DNA from: Octopus sinensis
Taxonomy: Eukaryota
NCBI RefSeq assembly: GCF_006345805.1
Contig: NW_021823577.1
Coordinates: forward strand, 1 to 22,965
DNA: 22,965 nucleotides
Direction: 5' to 3'
Of this stretch, positions 22,249 to 22,965 are shown in pieces. Under the pieces are notes generated by a model. That model saw only the letters and a list, made by a program, of their open reading frames with translations, ran no database searches and was not told where the DNA came from. Each line of letters opens with the position of its first letter. Position 1 is the first letter of the stretch. The position numbers and the translations under genes are program-made.

Positions 22249-22965
22249 CTATTTTTTACCAATCCAGCATATACACTTAATATATCGTTATAAAATGATA
22301 TTATAATAACCACCAAACTTATAGACTTATAGAATATATAACTGCGAAAATATTAAACACTGCTAACTTAATACAATGAGACTGTCAAAGTATGACATTT
22401 GAGTGGATGAGCAACAACGAATATAAGACCAACTCCCAGTTTGTTCAGTTCTATATAGTGGAATACCAATTATTCATTTTTAAAGACTTTTTTCTTTTGA
22501 CAGCGTCAGAAGCTGAAACAGTGTATAATAATCACTGAAAATCAATTGAACTGTCAGAGGCATGAAACTTGTAATAGCTCGCATTTAAATCCTGTTTGTA
22601 TACATGTTGTGCGTATGTAAGCACTTACGCTTGTGTATGTCCGATGACGCAAAATAAGAAGTCCATAGAATTAGATCTCATGTTGACTCCCAACCCAAAC
22701 TCTAATTGGAAATGCAACTCAAAATGCAGGTATGTTATAGCTGCCTAAATAGGGATTGGCTACAGGTAATATTTCAATCGTGCTGGCACGTGTAAATTAG
22801 GATAAAAGTATAAACAGACAAATGACTGGTATCAGGTCAGATTATGACATATATTTCTACAAGTTACATGGAGAAAAGAATGTTTAAGGAGTTTAGAACA
22901 CAAGAAATCAATAAAAAATCGCTAGATGGTTGTTCAATAAAAGCAATGGTACTCCCTGGTTAGTT

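Noticed and set aside
22504-22620. Acceptor TTTTTCTTTTGACAG followed by a short open frame
   Set aside because: No convincing in-frame donor or recognisable peptide; the frame compatible with the 11755-11876 exon stops after about 11 codons.

Overview
AT-rich eukaryotic non-coding DNA, largely microsatellite ((TA)n, (CA)n, (TACA)n, (GATA)n, (TAA)n, (ATG)n) and decayed transposons. The SINE families and repeat landscape resemble an octopus/coleoid cephalopod genome (inference from recalled repeat families, not searched). Almost all ORFs in the track are microsatellite artefacts. Identifiable elements: a disrupted ~2 kb R4/Dong-like non-LTR retrotransposon (RT + CCHC, ~4030-6035, +); the 3' end of another Dong-like element in (TAA)n; a CR1/L2-type LINE 3' end fused to a SINE A-box head; several tRNA-derived SINEs; a non-autonomous Helitron; an 11-bp minisatellite; and one plausible isolated + strand exon (11755-11876). 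The most notable signal is invisible in the ORF track: six minimal type I hammerhead ribozyme motifs of the Penelope/retrozyme kind. Three lie back-to-back at 9.68-10.75 kb in unrelated ~270-370 bp modules bounded by (TA)n. One of these is a 339-nt unit with a terminal direct repeat and one has a ~97-nt stem II. All structures were read by eye; no folding or database search was run.
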